From the NCBI GenBank assembly GCA_965222115.1, contig CBDCTJ010000003.1, positions 448,001 through 512,000 of the forward strand: 64,000 bases of DNA, written 5' to 3'. The stretch is from Planctomycetota bacterium (lineage in GTDB: Bacteria; Planctomycetota; PLA2; JAEUHO01). Positions 63,503-64,000 of this stretch are shown piece by piece; position 1 is the stretch's first letter, and each line of letters begins with the position of its first letter. Made by a program: the position numbers and the translations under genes. The notes under the pieces were generated by a model. The model saw only the letters and a list, made by a program, of their open reading frames with translations, was not told where the DNA came from and ran no database searches.

Positions 63503-64000
63503 CTACGCGTCCAAAGGAACAAGTCGCAACTCCGCCAATACCAATATGTGATCCGACAACGCGTCGTCGATCCCGTCGAAGTGGAGCGCGTGGTTGACAC
63601 GCTCAATGGCGATGGATTTGCCCGATCGAAAGAGTATGTGATCGGGGTCCCAACCCATGTGATTCTTGTGCTTGCGTGGCCACGGGACGCGAGTGTTCCA
63701 TGGTACCTGATGAATAGTGTGACCATCGATCCTGGTTTTCCCAAGCTTGTTTGCGTCCGTAAGTCCAGCGCGTAGGAGGCGTGTGTGCTGAGGATGTGGC
63801 TTGGCGTCGTCGTCCAGTGTGGGCGTATTGAAGTCACCCGCAATGACGAGCGCCTCGTGTTCATAGCGCTTCATGTAGTCGAGCAATACGCCTAGTTGCA
63901 TCGTGCGCGCTGGATTCTCGCCGAAGGCAAAGGTCAAATGTGTGTTGATCACACGAATAGGTCCAACGGGTGTCTGAATGTGAAGATCTTGAAAGCCCTT
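63503..64000 (-). CDS. Endonuclease/exonuclease/phosphatase (EEP) family protein, 5' part outside the window
   Basis: INTHL, VIAGDFN, DHILF, LSDH; frame open to the window edge. Confidence 0.9.
   Translation of the reverse strand, partial: KGFQDLHIQTPVGPIRVINTHLTFAFGENPARTMQLGVLLDYMKRYEHEALVIAGDFNTPTLDDDAKPHPQHTRLLRAGLTDANKLGKTRIDGHTIHQVPWNTRVPWPRKHKNHMGWDPDHILFRSGKSIAIERVNHALHFDGIDDALSDHILVLAELRLVPLDA

Noticed and set aside
63445-63864. N-terminal 140 aa of the 398-aa HEAT ORF
   Set aside because: Overlaps the EEP gene in another frame; the lipoprotein signal starts at about 63444

Overview
A 64-kb, GC-rich bacterial window, most likely from Planctomycetota. The assignment is inferred from a planctomycete-type ECF sigma fragment, secretin-like, HEAT-repeat and carboxypeptidase-regulatory-like proteins. 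Left part: a double secretin-like protein, an Ig/metzincin lipoprotein, a GspC-like PDZ protein, a HEAT-Rhs-immunity operon, a REP-like repeat field, WYL/MATE/ald genes, a candidate 6S-like structured RNA and tRNA-Val(GAC). An accessory region follows the tRNA (about 24-46 kb). It holds tRNA 3'-end copies, SMI1/KNR4, a TA pair, an AadA-like NTase, GNATs and at least three copies of an unnamed MITE with 24-bp TIRs. One MITE joins a truncated ECF sigma gene to the tail of an ABC permease. Another has an IS1111-type (IS110 family) element inserted exactly in its TIR; target and donor guide loops of a bridge/seek RNA are readable in the IS 3' non-coding end. Removing that MITE+IS leaves a DACNV-diadenylate cyclase gene about 90 bp upstream of a pPIWI-associated-nuclease-like gene, a candidate nucleotide-signalling conflict module. 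Right part: an ABC importer, lipoproteins, a Cys-less transglutaminase-like protein, an in-frame UGA plus SECIS-like hairpin (exported thioredoxin-like selenoprotein split by the ORF caller), FetAB, a second SMI1, a GIY-YIG-like protein, HEAT proteins and a partial EEP gene. All family assignments come from motif recognition by eye; no database searches were run.
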